Of a stretch of 64,000 nt of DNA, positions 1 to 9,744 are shown in pieces (position 1 is the stretch's first letter; each line of letters starts with the position of its first letter). The stretch is from the NCBI GenBank assembly GCA_964489065.1, contig CAZAXH010000006.1, positions 2,867 through 66,866 on the forward strand. Reading direction: 5' to 3'. The notes below the pieces were generated by a model. The model saw only the letters and a program-made list of their open reading frames with translations. It was not told the DNA's origin and made no database searches. This DNA is from an uncultured Planctomycetales bacterium. Lineage in GTDB: Bacteria; Omnitrophota; Gorgyraeia; Zapsychrales; JANLHA01. The translations under genes were made by a program, and so were the position numbers.

Positions 1-181
1 ATTGAAATAGATAACTTCTTCTTCCTGCAGGGTATAAAATTGTCAGGGTTGTCCCTCTCTCCTGTTGATTCTCTTCTTGTCAGGGGATTAAGGACTTAAG
101 GAAGTGAGTTCGAGCCGCTGCGCTTTTTTCGCTAAAAGACATCACCCCCGGGACATGGAGCGAGCTGATTGTCGTCGGCTG

Positions 182-577
182 TTATTGGGGGAAAGCCACG
201 ACCGTTGCCGAGTAATTGGCCCGGACATAGGCATTCCCGATAAATTTTTGGGCAGGAAATTTTTTCCAGGAACCTGTAGCATTCGTCTGAATGTTAGTGA
301 TGGCGTCTCCTCCGAGTTTAGCCGCTTCGGTTTTCATCCGGTAGAGGATATCTTCCATCTCTTGGTTCCGTTCGGTGTTTACCGTGATATATCCTATGAT
401 TTCATGCGGTTGTGTTAACTGTTCTACCACCTGTACCTCTTCTGGCGTCTTGGGCGTGTAATAGTTGTCGGTCACTTCCTCGAAATTTACGCGATAAAGG
501 CTGCAGGAGGAAGTCAATAAGACGGCACATAGAATAATAAGGAATTTTTTTATCATAATAATATCCCTCCTTTTCAC
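182..577 (-). CDS. Small secreted or lipoprotein, DUF1471 (YdgH/BhsA/McbA)-like
   Basis: 131-aa ORF. N-terminal signal peptide with a lipobox-like LLTSSC. The C-terminal half (EIIGYITVNTERNQEMEDILYRMKTEAAKLGGDAITNI) resembles the DUF1471 stress-protein fold pattern. It overlaps the plus-strand ORF 104..418, which is low-complexity and judged spurious. Confidence 0.45.
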   Translation of the reverse strand: MKRRDIIMIKKFLIILCAVLLTSSCSLYRVNFEEVTDNYYTPKTPEEVQVVEQLTQPHEIIGYITVNTERNQEMEDILYRMKTEAAKLGGDAITNIQTNATGSWKKFPAQKFIGNAYVRANYSATVVAFPQ

Positions 578-804
578 ACGTTGGTTCTTGTAACGCTTCG
601 ATGGTTTTCCCGAAGCGACAGGTAATTCTTTGATTTAGGCTCCAAGCGCCCCATGAACAGAGCTTGGAGAGGATCACGATACTACTTTACCACATAACTT
701 TATAACATTTTCCGTAATAATATCAAGATTATTTATATCCTATTTAAATTTTGGACAACAATCTTTAAGTTTTATGTGGCCTGGGCTGGCAACACTTCCG
801 CGGG

Positions 805-2676
805 TCACACGTCGGGATCTTTCTTGTCGCCGTGTTGCCGGTGCTGGTTTGTCTTGTCCTGAATTTCTTCCAGGGCTAATTCAACGACGGCGATATCCCA
901 CCCATGATTTTTGATTTCATGTTTTATCCCGTCCAGATTTTTAGAAGCGTCTATAGGATGCCCTTGCAGATAATATTTAAGCACATCCAGGTTGAAACGC
1001 TGATGTTTTGAGAGCCGCCAATGCATGGGCCGCTCGACTTCGGGACGGTTAGCGATATAGGCGTATATAGCATATAGGAAAGGCAATAAAAGAATGATGA
1101 CGGCGCTGTAGAAATCATACGGGGCCGCCCGCCCCAGTAAATAGGCCGAGCTTCCCCAAAAGACATCAAAGAGGAAATGCGCGACCAGGACCGGGATAAT
1201 GCCGAAACGCAAATAAACGACGGCAAGAAAGAGTCCCATGGTCGTGACTTCGAGGCCCCGGAACCACATTGGGAAAACAAGATATGTGCTGTGGCCGTAA
1301 CCCCATATAATGGAAGCCAGCAATGCGGCGGCGAGGGCGTTTTTAAAAAATTTTTTCCCCAGGCTGATGGAAAATAACCGGAAGGCGATTTCTTCCGTTG
1401 AACTGGCAATAAATCCCATTGTAAATGCGGTTAAGAACGGGAAAAAACTGGCGGATAACTGTGCCATCCAGGTGTATTCCACCCAGACGTTGAGATAGCG
1501 TTGCCCGAATTCAAACGCAAAAGACTGAATGCCAATCATGATAATGGCCACGATGTAGCCAAGTATGACCCTCCAGGCTACGTTCCTTGTCCGAAAGGAA
1601 GACAGCAGATAGTATAAAAAGGCTCCTTCCTTTTTTTTTCGAAATTGTTCATAATGCAGGGATTCCCCGGTCAGGCAAGGCATAAGGATACTGATGGTGA
1701 CGATAAAAGAATCCATGAGAAATTGCGTCACAGCTCTCCAGACATACGAGTTGAAAGAAGACGTGGTGCTGTAATGGTAAATAACGGATTCGAATTCGTT
1801 AAAGTAGGTTAAAAGATGCAGGCCGAAAATAATCCCGGTCAACCCGACGCAGAAATTTTTTGTTGTGTGCATGACGAGGTCGTTACGCCGCACCACGACA
1901 TAAAAAATAGAGGTAGCCAAGAGCAGGAAAAAGACCATCCGAAAAATCAGGGCAAGATTGCGGCCGGTTGTCTTGAGCCGGGCGATATGAAGATGAAATT
2001 TTTCCGGGATATCAAGGGAGTTTTTATTAAAAGTGAGTATCTCATCCCCGGAAACCTGGACTCCGACAAGGAGCTTGGCCCCGCCTCCGTCAGCTTCTTG
2101 ACTCCAGGGGACGTAAACATCTTTCTTTTCCCAGACGAACGTGTAATCAACCCTGTTATCGAATTTCTTGGAAAGATTACTGTGTAAAACATATTTGTTT
2201 GGATTAAACGCAAAATTTTTTATGAGAAACTGGGTAGCGCGTTCCTGAGCTTCCGCTTCCGGAATTTCAGGCCTGGCCTCGCTCTCAAGGATCGTGTGTT
2301 TAAAATTTGTTATCTCTCCCGTAGCCGCGCTGATGGTGAGTCGGTACTCCTCCTGTTCATTTTCTTTATAAAAACGGACTTTCCAGAAAAAATATTCCAG
2401 GTTGTGTTCTTTTATGAATTCGATTGATTTATCAAATCCCAGGGCTTTTTGTAAATACCGGTCTGCGTCGGCGGCCCCGACAAAGACAACCGCGGTCCGG
2501 TATGCCGGCACATCAACCCCACGCTCCTGGGATAAGTAGGTTTTTGCAATATTGACTGCGGTTTTCTTATTGATAGAGAGGTCTATAAATGCAAATTGGG
2601 GATAAGTAAAACGGTACCATAGGACGATGCTTAAGAAGGTTGCCGCAATAAAGAAATAGAGATATTTTTTTGACAT
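805..2676 (-). CDS. CPBP-family (CAAX/Abi) intramembrane glutamic metalloprotease with a large N-terminal extracytoplasmic domain
   Basis: 623 aa. The C-terminal polytopic region carries the three CPBP motifs: EEIAFR (EExxxR), WGYGHSTY (FxxxH-like) and HFLFDVFWG (HxxxD/N). The N-terminal ~240 aa follow a single TM helix and look soluble. Confidence 0.7.
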   Translation of the reverse strand: MSKKYLYFFIAATFLSIVLWYRFTYPQFAFIDLSINKKTAVNIAKTYLSQERGVDVPAYRTAVVFVGAADADRYLQKALGFDKSIEFIKEHNLEYFFWKVRFYKENEQEEYRLTISAATGEITNFKHTILESEARPEIPEAEAQERATQFLIKNFAFNPNKYVLHSNLSKKFDNRVDYTFVWEKKDVYVPWSQEADGGGAKLLVGVQVSGDEILTFNKNSLDIPEKFHLHIARLKTTGRNLALIFRMVFFLLLATSIFYVVVRRNDLVMHTTKNFCVGLTGIIFGLHLLTYFNEFESVIYHYSTTSSFNSYVWRAVTQFLMDSFIVTISILMPCLTGESLHYEQFRKKKEGAFLYYLLSSFRTRNVAWRVILGYIVAIIMIGIQSFAFEFGQRYLNVWVEYTWMAQLSASFFPFLTAFTMGFIASSTEEIAFRLFSISLGKKFFKNALAAALLASIIWGYGHSTYLVFPMWFRGLEVTTMGLFLAVVYLRFGIIPVLVAHFLFDVFWGSSAYLLGRAAPYDFYSAVIILLLPFLYAIYAYIANRPEVERPMHWRLSKHQRFNLDVLKYYLQGHPIDASKNLDGIKHEIKNHGWDIAVVELALEEIQDKTNQHRQHGDKKDPDV

Positions 2677-2695
2677 GGGCGGATCCTTCGTTTTT

Positions 2696-3376
2696 TTATA
2701 ATAAATTAATCACTTCTTTGGGCAGCCGTCTGATTTCCTGCGTGCCCAGGACTTTGAGCGTCCAGCGGAGGATTTGGAATTTTTGAATGAGATGGGGATC
2801 GGGTTCCGCTAAATTCGCCAGGTGTCCTCGGGATAAAAAGAATTGCCGCCGTAAAATGTTAAAAACGATCCTGGCTTCCCGGGGGCGGTTATTCCCCTCT
2901 TCAATGATGTTGTTTATCCCGTCGAAAGCCATTTCGTTGACAGCATCATTATAATGATCCATTTTGGTGATGAGTAAGGGGACCATAGAATCAAAGTATT
3001 TATAACGGTCCATGAGGCAGAGTGTGTGCATGATTTCGACCTGTACGAACGGCGAGTCTGTTCGGTTTAACCGGCGGAGAAGGATTCTCTCGGCCGCCCG
3101 TTTTTCTTTAGTGAAGATTTCTTCACAGTATTTTTCTTTAAAAACCCGAACCGCCGCGGCTGTCTTAAACGGCGTAACGGTTTCATCCTGAATAACCGCC
3201 AGCAACAACTCTCTGTCTTCAGAGGCATATTTATCGGCGTAGCCATTGAGCATCTGTTTGTCGTCAAAAATGCTGTTGGCTAAGACTTCATCTTCATCAG
3301 CGGCCGAACATAAAGAAGACACGCCCAGAAATAAAGTTAAGAAGGATAGAAGAACGCAAACTTTAAATTTCAACAT
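2696..3376 (-). CDS. Secreted hypothetical protein (predicted helical repeat)
   Basis: 226 aa with a clear signal peptide (MLKFKVCVLLSFLTLFLGVSSLCSAAD). No recognisable catalytic motifs. The stop lies 19 nt upstream of the CPBP protease start, so the two are probably co-transcribed. Confidence 0.45.
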   Translation of the reverse strand: MLKFKVCVLLSFLTLFLGVSSLCSAADEDEVLANSIFDDKQMLNGYADKYASEDRELLLAVIQDETVTPFKTAAAVRVFKEKYCEEIFTKEKRAAERILLRRLNRTDSPFVQVEIMHTLCLMDRYKYFDSMVPLLITKMDHYNDAVNEMAFDGINNIIEEGNNRPREARIVFNILRRQFFLSRGHLANLAEPDPHLIQKFQILRWTLKVLGTQEIRRLPKEVINLL

Positions 3377-4224
3377 GACTCTCCTCCGATGAACTCCATA
3401 GAAAAATCAATAGCCTGGGGGGAGTGTGTCAGCGCTCCGATCGATATCCTGTCCACTCCGGTGAGGGCAACCTGCCGGATATTGTGGAGGTTAATGCCTC
3501 CGGAGGCTTCAAGAAGACAGGGCTTTTTTCCGCGGTTGCGATATTGCACGGCTTTCTTTAACTGAGGGATGCTCATATTATCCAGGAGGACAACGTCCGG
3601 ATTGGCGTCCAGGGCTTGTTTAAACTGCTTGAACGTGTCAACTTCGACGACAATCAGTTTCTTAGTCTGTTTTCGTACATCCTGGATCGCATCTTTGACC
3701 GTGGCATCTTTCTCATAAGCCAGGAGATGATTGTCCTTAATGATGACCATTTCATTCAGGTTGAATCGGTGGTTCACGCCTCCTCCGCAGCGAACCGCCA
3801 TTTTCACCAGGGGCCTCAGGCCGGGGATTGTCTTTCGGGTGTCCATAATTTTAACCGGCAAATCAGAAACTTTGTCGACAAAACGATGCGTTAAGGTGGC
3901 AATCCCGGAGAGATAAGAAAAAAAGTTGAGCGCCACTCTTTCCCCTGAAAGGAGGGCTCGTGTTTTGCCTTCAAAACTGATGATTTCTTGGTTTTTTTTG
4001 ACTTGCTCCCCCTCCTGGACGAAACAGGTAATTTTCATCCTTTTATCCAATTTGCGGAAGATCGTGGTAAGGATATCGAGCCCGCATACAATGCAGGTTT
4101 CTCTGGAGATGATTGTGGCACTGGAAACTTGGTCCTCTCTCACTAAGCAACGGGTGGTTACGTCTTTATCGCTGTGGTCTTCCCGGAGCGCTTGTTGTAT
4201 GGCTTTATTAATTACGGCACGCAT
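3370..4224 (-). CDS. nadC: Nicotinate-nucleotide pyrophosphorylase (carboxylating); quinolinate phosphoribosyltransferase
   Basis: 284 aa. QPRTase signatures are present: RxxxLxxERxALNF, TRKTxPGLR and GGGxNHRxxLxD. Confidence 0.9.
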   Translation of the reverse strand: MRAVINKAIQQALREDHSDKDVTTRCLVREDQVSSATIISRETCIVCGLDILTTIFRKLDKRMKITCFVQEGEQVKKNQEIISFEGKTRALLSGERVALNFFSYLSGIATLTHRFVDKVSDLPVKIMDTRKTIPGLRPLVKMAVRCGGGVNHRFNLNEMVIIKDNHLLAYEKDATVKDAIQDVRKQTKKLIVVEVDTFKQFKQALDANPDVVLLDNMSIPQLKKAVQYRNRGKKPCLLEASGGINLHNIRQVALTGVDRISIGALTHSPQAIDFSMEFIGGESC

Positions 4225-4239
4225 GATATTTTCCTAAAG

Positions 4240-6906
4240 TTAGTCCAAAGAGTTTAATAATTTTTCAAGTTCCTGCTTTTTACTTTGAAAATCGATGAGG
4301 CGCGCACGTTCTTTTTCAATCACGTCGACCGGGGCTTTACGGACAAAGGCATCGTTGCCAAGCCGCCGGTCCAGGTTCGTTATAAATTTTTGAATATCCT
4401 GAAGTTGCTGAGTGATTCTTTCTTTTTCTTGCCGGACATCGATAATTCCGGAGAGCGGAACGGAAACAGTCGTCTTATCGACCAGTCCCGTGGCCTGTCC
4501 TTTTGTGCCGGGTAATTCCGTGCTGAAAGTCAGAGTGCCGATTTTGATGGCCGTTTGGATAACCGGCGCACTGGTCTTCAGGAATTCGAGTTGTCCCGGA
4601 TCTTCACAGGAAAGACAGCAGTCGATCGTCTGGCCGGGTTTCATTTGCCACTGTGCTTTGATATTCCTGAGTTGGGTAATGATATCCATGATCAGTTGCA
4701 TATCTTTTTCCGTGTCGGGGGATATCCACCCCTGACGGGTTTCCGGCCATGCTTGAGCGGCGAGAGGCCCTGGCTTTTCGTGGATTTGGCTGAAAATTTC
4801 TTCTGTCACAAAAGGCATGAACGGATGAATCAGGCGTATAGACTGTTCCAGGAGGAAAAAGACCACAGATCCGATCACCGGGTCGTGGAATTTCGCCTTG
4901 TTGATCTCCAGATACCAGTCGCAGAAATTCCTCCAGAAGAATTCATATAACAGGGATTCGGCCTCGGAGAAGCGGAACGTTTCAATGGCTTTGGAAATGT
5001 CATCCAGACTGGAATAGAACCGCGATATAATCCATCTCGACGGCATATCCAATTGATTCGGAGGAACGGTCATCCAGAGTTCCGGCTGGCGCTGGTGTTT
5101 CGGGATATTGCTGAGAATAAGCCGGGAGGCATTCCAGATTTTATTGGCGAAGTTCCTTCCAACTTCAAATTTTTCTTTTGAAATATAAAGATCCTGCCCC
5201 GAGTTGATAATTAGGCTGAACCGCAAAGCGTCTGCGCCGTATTCTTGAATGATTTCAAGCGGGTCAATAGCGTTTCCCAGGGATTTTGACATCTTCCGGC
5301 CCTGGGCGTCGCGAACCGTGCCGTGAATATGAACGTCGCTAAAAGGAATTTCGTTCATGAATTCCAGCCCGGCCATGATCATGCGGGCGACCCAGAAGAA
5401 AATAATTTCTGAAGCGGTGAAAAGGGCGTTCGTAGGATAAAAATATCGTAATGTTTCCTCGTTGTCTTTCCCTTCCTTATTTTCCCCCTTTTGGGGCGGC
5501 CAGCCGAATGTGGCGAAAGGCCACAGCCATGACGAAAACCAGGTGTCCAGGACGTCGTTCTCCTGAACCAATTGGGAGGATTGACACCGCGGGCATGTCT
5601 TCGGCTCGGTTTTCGCCACGATGATGTTTTCTCCTTCTTTGCAATTTTGGCAGTACCAGACCGGGATGCGGTGTCCCCACCAGATTTGCCGCGAGATGCA
5701 CCAGTCCCGGATATTCTCCATCCAGTTCAGGTATACTTTAGTCCACCGGTCCGGGGTGAAGGTGATTTTTCCGTCGAGGACGGCTTGAATGGCCGGTTGC
5801 GCCAGGGGGGCCATCTTCACAAACCACTGTTGGGATAAATACGGCTCCACGACCGTGTGGCACCGGTAGCAGTGTCCTACCGCATGGGTGTGGGGTTCCA
5901 CTTTTTCCAATAATTTTAATTCTTTCAGTGTTTCGATGATCGCTTCTCTGGCTTCAAATCGGTCCAGCCCGGCGAAGTCCCCGGCGTTTTCGTTAAGGAC
6001 GCCGTCGGGGTACATAATATTGATGGAATCCAGATGATGGCGCGTTCCCATGGCAAAGTCATTGGGGTCGTGGGCCGGGGTGACCTTCACGGCTCCGGTT
6101 CCGAATTCCCGATTCACGAAAGCATCGGCGATAATAGGAATTTCCCGCTGAAGGATCGGTAGCACAACCTTCTGCCCGATAAAATTTTTATACCGCTCAT
6201 CATCGGGGTGCACCGCAACCCCGGTGTCCCCCAGCATGGTTTCCGGACGCGTGGTGGCGACAATGAGATGCGTATTCGGTTTCCCCTGCAGAGGGTAACG
6301 GATATAGTACAACGCCCCTTGCTGTTCCCGGTGTTCCGCTTCTTCGTCCGACAAAGCCGTTTGACAGCGGGGGCACCAGTTGATGATCCGTTTTCCCCGG
6401 TAAATCAGGCCTTTGTCGTAAAGCCGGACAAAAACTTCTTTAACGGCCTCACTGTAATCGGCATCCATGGTAAAGCGCGTGCGGGGCCAATCGCAGGCGG
6501 AACCCAGTTTTTTCAGTTGGTTGATGATGATGCCTCCGTACTGCTCTTTCCAGGCCCATAAGCGTTCCATCATCTGTTCCCGTCCGATATCGTAACGCGT
6601 TTTCCCTTCCTTGGCGAGTTGCCGTTCAACGACATTTTGGGTCGCAATCCCGGCGTGATCCGTGCCCGGCATCCAGCAGGTTTCAAAGCCCTGCATCCGT
6701 TTATAACGGATGATGATATCCTGAAGCGTATTGTTGAGGGCATGTCCCATATGCAGAATCCCGGTCACGTTGGGAGGCGGAATAACGATGGAATACGGTT
6801 TTTTCCCGGCCTTGGCTTGCCCGTGAAAAGTCTGGTGATTTTCCCAATATTGGCACCAGTGAGGTTCGACGACATTAAAGTTAAAACGGGTTGGTATTTC
6901 TTTCAT
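4240..6906 (-). CDS. valS: Valine--tRNA ligase
   Basis: 888 aa class I aaRS. It has HMGHAL (HIGH) and KMSKSLGN motifs and a C-terminal coiled-coil tail typical of ValRS. Confidence 0.95.
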   Translation of the reverse strand: MKEIPTRFNFNVVEPHWCQYWENHQTFHGQAKAGKKPYSIVIPPPNVTGILHMGHALNNTLQDIIIRYKRMQGFETCWMPGTDHAGIATQNVVERQLAKEGKTRYDIGREQMMERLWAWKEQYGGIIINQLKKLGSACDWPRTRFTMDADYSEAVKEVFVRLYDKGLIYRGKRIINWCPRCQTALSDEEAEHREQQGALYYIRYPLQGKPNTHLIVATTRPETMLGDTGVAVHPDDERYKNFIGQKVVLPILQREIPIIADAFVNREFGTGAVKVTPAHDPNDFAMGTRHHLDSINIMYPDGVLNENAGDFAGLDRFEAREAIIETLKELKLLEKVEPHTHAVGHCYRCHTVVEPYLSQQWFVKMAPLAQPAIQAVLDGKITFTPDRWTKVYLNWMENIRDWCISRQIWWGHRIPVWYCQNCKEGENIIVAKTEPKTCPRCQSSQLVQENDVLDTWFSSWLWPFATFGWPPQKGENKEGKDNEETLRYFYPTNALFTASEIIFFWVARMIMAGLEFMNEIPFSDVHIHGTVRDAQGRKMSKSLGNAIDPLEIIQEYGADALRFSLIINSGQDLYISKEKFEVGRNFANKIWNASRLILSNIPKHQRQPELWMTVPPNQLDMPSRWIISRFYSSLDDISKAIETFRFSEAESLLYEFFWRNFCDWYLEINKAKFHDPVIGSVVFFLLEQSIRLIHPFMPFVTEEIFSQIHEKPGPLAAQAWPETRQGWISPDTEKDMQLIMDIITQLRNIKAQWQMKPGQTIDCCLSCEDPGQLEFLKTSAPVIQTAIKIGTLTFSTELPGTKGQATGLVDKTTVSVPLSGIIDVRQEKERITQQLQDIQKFITNLDRRLGNDAFVRKAPVDVIEKERARLIDFQSKKQELEKLLNSLD

Positions 6907-6929
6907 GTTTTGAAGGGGCTTGGGCCTTG

Positions 6930-8504
6930 TTAGCTTTTTTTCTTGTCTTTCATAAGTTTATATTCAATGCTGTCTGTGAGGGCCTCCCAGCTGGCCTGAA
7001 TGATATTTTCGTGTACTCCCACCGTGGTCCATGCGTCTTTTTTATCCTGGGATTCAATTAACACCCTGACTTTAGCCGCTGTCCCGGCTTGAGAGTCAAT
7101 AACTCTGACTTTATAGTCTCTGAGGTGCATATCCTGCAGGCTGGGGTAAAATTTATTAAGCGCCTGGCGCATGGCCCGGTCCAGAGCATCCACCGGCCCG
7201 TCTCCTTCGGCAGCGGAGTATTCTTCATTCCCGTTAATGTTCAGGCGTACGGAGGCTTCGGCAAAAATTTTGCCGTCGAAACGCTTTTCAATAAACGTTT
7301 TGAACCCTTCCAGTTTGAAAAACGGTGTGTATTTTTTTAGCTCTTTTTTCATGAAAAGTTCAAATGAGGCGTCGGCGGCCTCAAACTGATAACCTTCAAG
7401 TTCTTTGGCTTGCAAATTTTTAAGGAGCTTTTTAGCCTGCGCCGACTTCTTATCGATCAACGTGTCCATTTGTTGGGCTTTCATGATGATCGGCATTTTA
7501 CCGGCCAGCTCCGAAGTGATAAAACGGCGGTGGTTGCCTACGAGCGCCGGATCGGTGTGCTCATAGGCCCGGGGATTTTTAATCATGGCGTCGATATGCA
7601 CCCCAGCTTTGTGGGCAAAGGCGGAGCGGCCCACAAAAGGGTGGTTATCGGCGAGTTTAATATTGCTGATTTCACTTAAAAAATAAGCGGTTTCGGTCAG
7701 CATTTTAATTTTAGAAACAGGGAGAGACTCCCTCTTCATTTTTGTGTGCAGGATGGAGATAATCGTACAAAGATCGGCATTTCCGCATCGTTCTCCCAAT
7801 CCATTAAACGTCCCCTGCACCTGGATGCAGCCATTTTCAATCGCCATCAAGCTGTTGGCGACCGCCAAATCCATATCATTATGCGTGTGAATGCCCAACG
7901 GCACCGTGATGTGTTTCCGGACCTCCTGGATGATGGCTTGTAATTGAGTCGGCAAGGTGCCGCCGTTGGTATCGCAGAGGACGATGCAATCCGTTTTGCC
8001 GTCCTGCGCGGCCTGCAGGGTTTTAAGGGCATAATCCGGGTTGGACTGGTAACCGTCAAAAAAATGTTCGGCATCATAAAACACTTCCCGGTTTTTTGAC
8101 TTTAGAAATTGAACGGAATCCCTGATAATGTCCAGATTTTCCGCCAGAGTGGCCCGTAAGACATCTGTGACGTGAAGATCCCAGGTTTTTCCGAATATGG
8201 TGACCGTCGGCGCTTGGGAACGGATGAGCTCTTTGAGGTTCACGTCTTCGGAGGCTTTGATCCCGGCCCGGCGCGTGGAGCCAAAGGCAGCGATCTTTGC
8301 GTTCTTGAACTTTTTCCCCCGGGCGAGTGCGAAAAATTCTTTGTCTTTGGGGTTTGACCCCGGCCAGCCGCCTTCAATGTAATGGACTCCAATCTGGTCC
8401 AGTTTTTCGGCGATTTTCAGCTTATCATTAACCGAGAAGGAGATCCCTTCGGTTTGGGAGCCATCGCGCAGGGTTGTATCGTAAATGATGACCGGTTGGG
8501 ACAT
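6930..8504 (-). CDS. cimA: LeuA-family synthase, probably (R)-citramalate synthase or a short 2-isopropylmalate synthase
   Basis: 524 aa. The N-terminal DRE-TIM HMGL-like motif YDTTLRDGSQ and HxH metal ligands are present, and there is a C-terminal LeuA-dimer/regulatory domain. The size and N-terminus match CimA-type enzymes. Confidence 0.8.
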   Translation of the reverse strand: MSQPVIIYDTTLRDGSQTEGISFSVNDKLKIAEKLDQIGVHYIEGGWPGSNPKDKEFFALARGKKFKNAKIAAFGSTRRAGIKASEDVNLKELIRSQAPTVTIFGKTWDLHVTDVLRATLAENLDIIRDSVQFLKSKNREVFYDAEHFFDGYQSNPDYALKTLQAAQDGKTDCIVLCDTNGGTLPTQLQAIIQEVRKHITVPLGIHTHNDMDLAVANSLMAIENGCIQVQGTFNGLGERCGNADLCTIISILHTKMKRESLPVSKIKMLTETAYFLSEISNIKLADNHPFVGRSAFAHKAGVHIDAMIKNPRAYEHTDPALVGNHRRFITSELAGKMPIIMKAQQMDTLIDKKSAQAKKLLKNLQAKELEGYQFEAADASFELFMKKELKKYTPFFKLEGFKTFIEKRFDGKIFAEASVRLNINGNEEYSAAEGDGPVDALDRAMRQALNKFYPSLQDMHLRDYKVRVIDSQAGTAAKVRVLIESQDKKDAWTTVGVHENIIQASWEALTDSIEYKLMKDKKKS

Positions 8505-8520
8505 CAGAGGGTCCTTTCTT

Positions 8521-9744
8521 TTAGTCTTTCTTCATGCTAAAACTTTCATGGAGCGCTTTTACCGCTTTATCGGTATTTTTTTCATGAATGATGCAGGAGA
8601 TGCTGATTTCGGACGTCGTAATCATTTCGATGTTGATTTTATTCGTTGCCAGTGTTTGAAACATCTGGGCTGCGATCCCGTGGCGGGAACGCATTCCGGA
8701 GCCGACAATGGAAACCCTGGCGATCTTATTGTCCTGCAGAACGTCTCCGGCGTGCAGTTTTTTGGCGATCAGCTCAGCCACTTTAAGAGTCTTGTGCAAG
8801 TCCGCCCGGGGGACGGTGAACGAGATATCCGTTTGCCGGGTATGAGACACGTTTTGCACGATCGTATCGACGCTCACTCCGACCTTGGAGATTTCAGTGA
8901 AAATATGCGCGGCCACTCCCGGTTTATCGGGAACCGCGCATATCGTGATTTTGGCTTCTTTTTTATTGCTCGTGATGCCGCTCACGGAAATTTGTTCGAG
9001 TTTGGAACTGTTCTGGGTGATCATGGTACCTTCCTCCTTGGAGAAGCTTGAACGAACATGAATGGGGATGTTAAATCTTTTGGCGACTTCAATGGAGCGC
9101 GCCTGCATGACCTGCGCCCCCAGGGATGCCATTTCCAGCATTTCATCATAAGAAATGTTCTGGATTTTTTGGGCATTTTCAACGATTCTGGGGTCGGCCG
9201 TGTAAATCCCTTTAACGTCGGTAAATATTTCACACACCTTGGCCCCCAGCGTGATGGCCAGCGCGACGGCGGTCAGGTCAGATCCGCCCCGGCCCAGAGT
9301 CGTGATGTCATTTTCACTGGTGATCCCCTGGAATCCCGCGACGATGACGATTTTATTCTCACCGAGAGCTTGGCGGATGCGCTGTGCGTCAATCGTTTCG
9401 ATCTGAGCCTTGGTGTAGGATTTGTCTGTCCTAATTCCGACTTGCCCGCCGGTAAAAGAAATGGCGTCATGCCCCAGGGCTTTAATGGCTATCGCCAAAA
9501 GCGCGCAGGAAATCTGTTCTCCGGTGGACATCAGCATGTCCATTTCCCGTTCCGGAGGCTGGGTGGTGAGCTTCATGGCCAGCTCTTCCAATTCATCGGT
9601 TGTGTCTCCCAACGCCGAGACAACAACCACAACATTGTTTTTTTTCGTTTTCGTTTCGAGGACCCGTTGGGCCACGGCTTTAATGCGGTCAATATTGGCG
9701 ACGGACGACCCCCCGAATTTTTGAACAATAATCGGTTTTGTCAT
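8521..9744 (-). CDS. lysC: Aspartate kinase (monofunctional, with two C-terminal ACT domains)
   Basis: 407 aa. The N-terminus VQKFGGSSV is the amino-acid-kinase family signature, followed by tandem ACT-like repeats. The start overlaps cstA by 4 nt. Confidence 0.9.
   Translation of the reverse strand: MTKPIIVQKFGGSSVANIDRIKAVAQRVLETKTKKNNVVVVVSALGDTTDELEELAMKLTTQPPEREMDMLMSTGEQISCALLAIAIKALGHDAISFTGGQVGIRTDKSYTKAQIETIDAQRIRQALGENKIVIVAGFQGITSENDITTLGRGGSDLTAVALAITLGAKVCEIFTDVKGIYTADPRIVENAQKIQNISYDEMLEMASLGAQVMQARSIEVAKRFNIPIHVRSSFSKEEGTMITQNSSKLEQISVSGITSNKKEAKITICAVPDKPGVAAHIFTEISKVGVSVDTIVQNVSHTRQTDISFTVPRADLHKTLKVAELIAKKLHAGDVLQDNKIARVSIVGSGMRSRHGIAAQMFQTLATNKINIEMITTSEISISCIIHEKNTDKAVKALHESFSMKKD

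Noticed and set aside
104-418. Plus-strand 104-aa ORF at the window start
   Set aside because: The sequence is low-complexity (Arg/Cys-rich) and overlaps the minus-strand lipoprotein-like gene 182..577, which has a signal peptide and a family resemblance. It is most likely a spurious antisense ORF.
951-2213. Several 60-150 aa ORFs inside or antisense to the CPBP protease gene
   Set aside because: They are fully nested in a well-supported 623-aa CDS, are low-complexity, and are typical six-frame noise.
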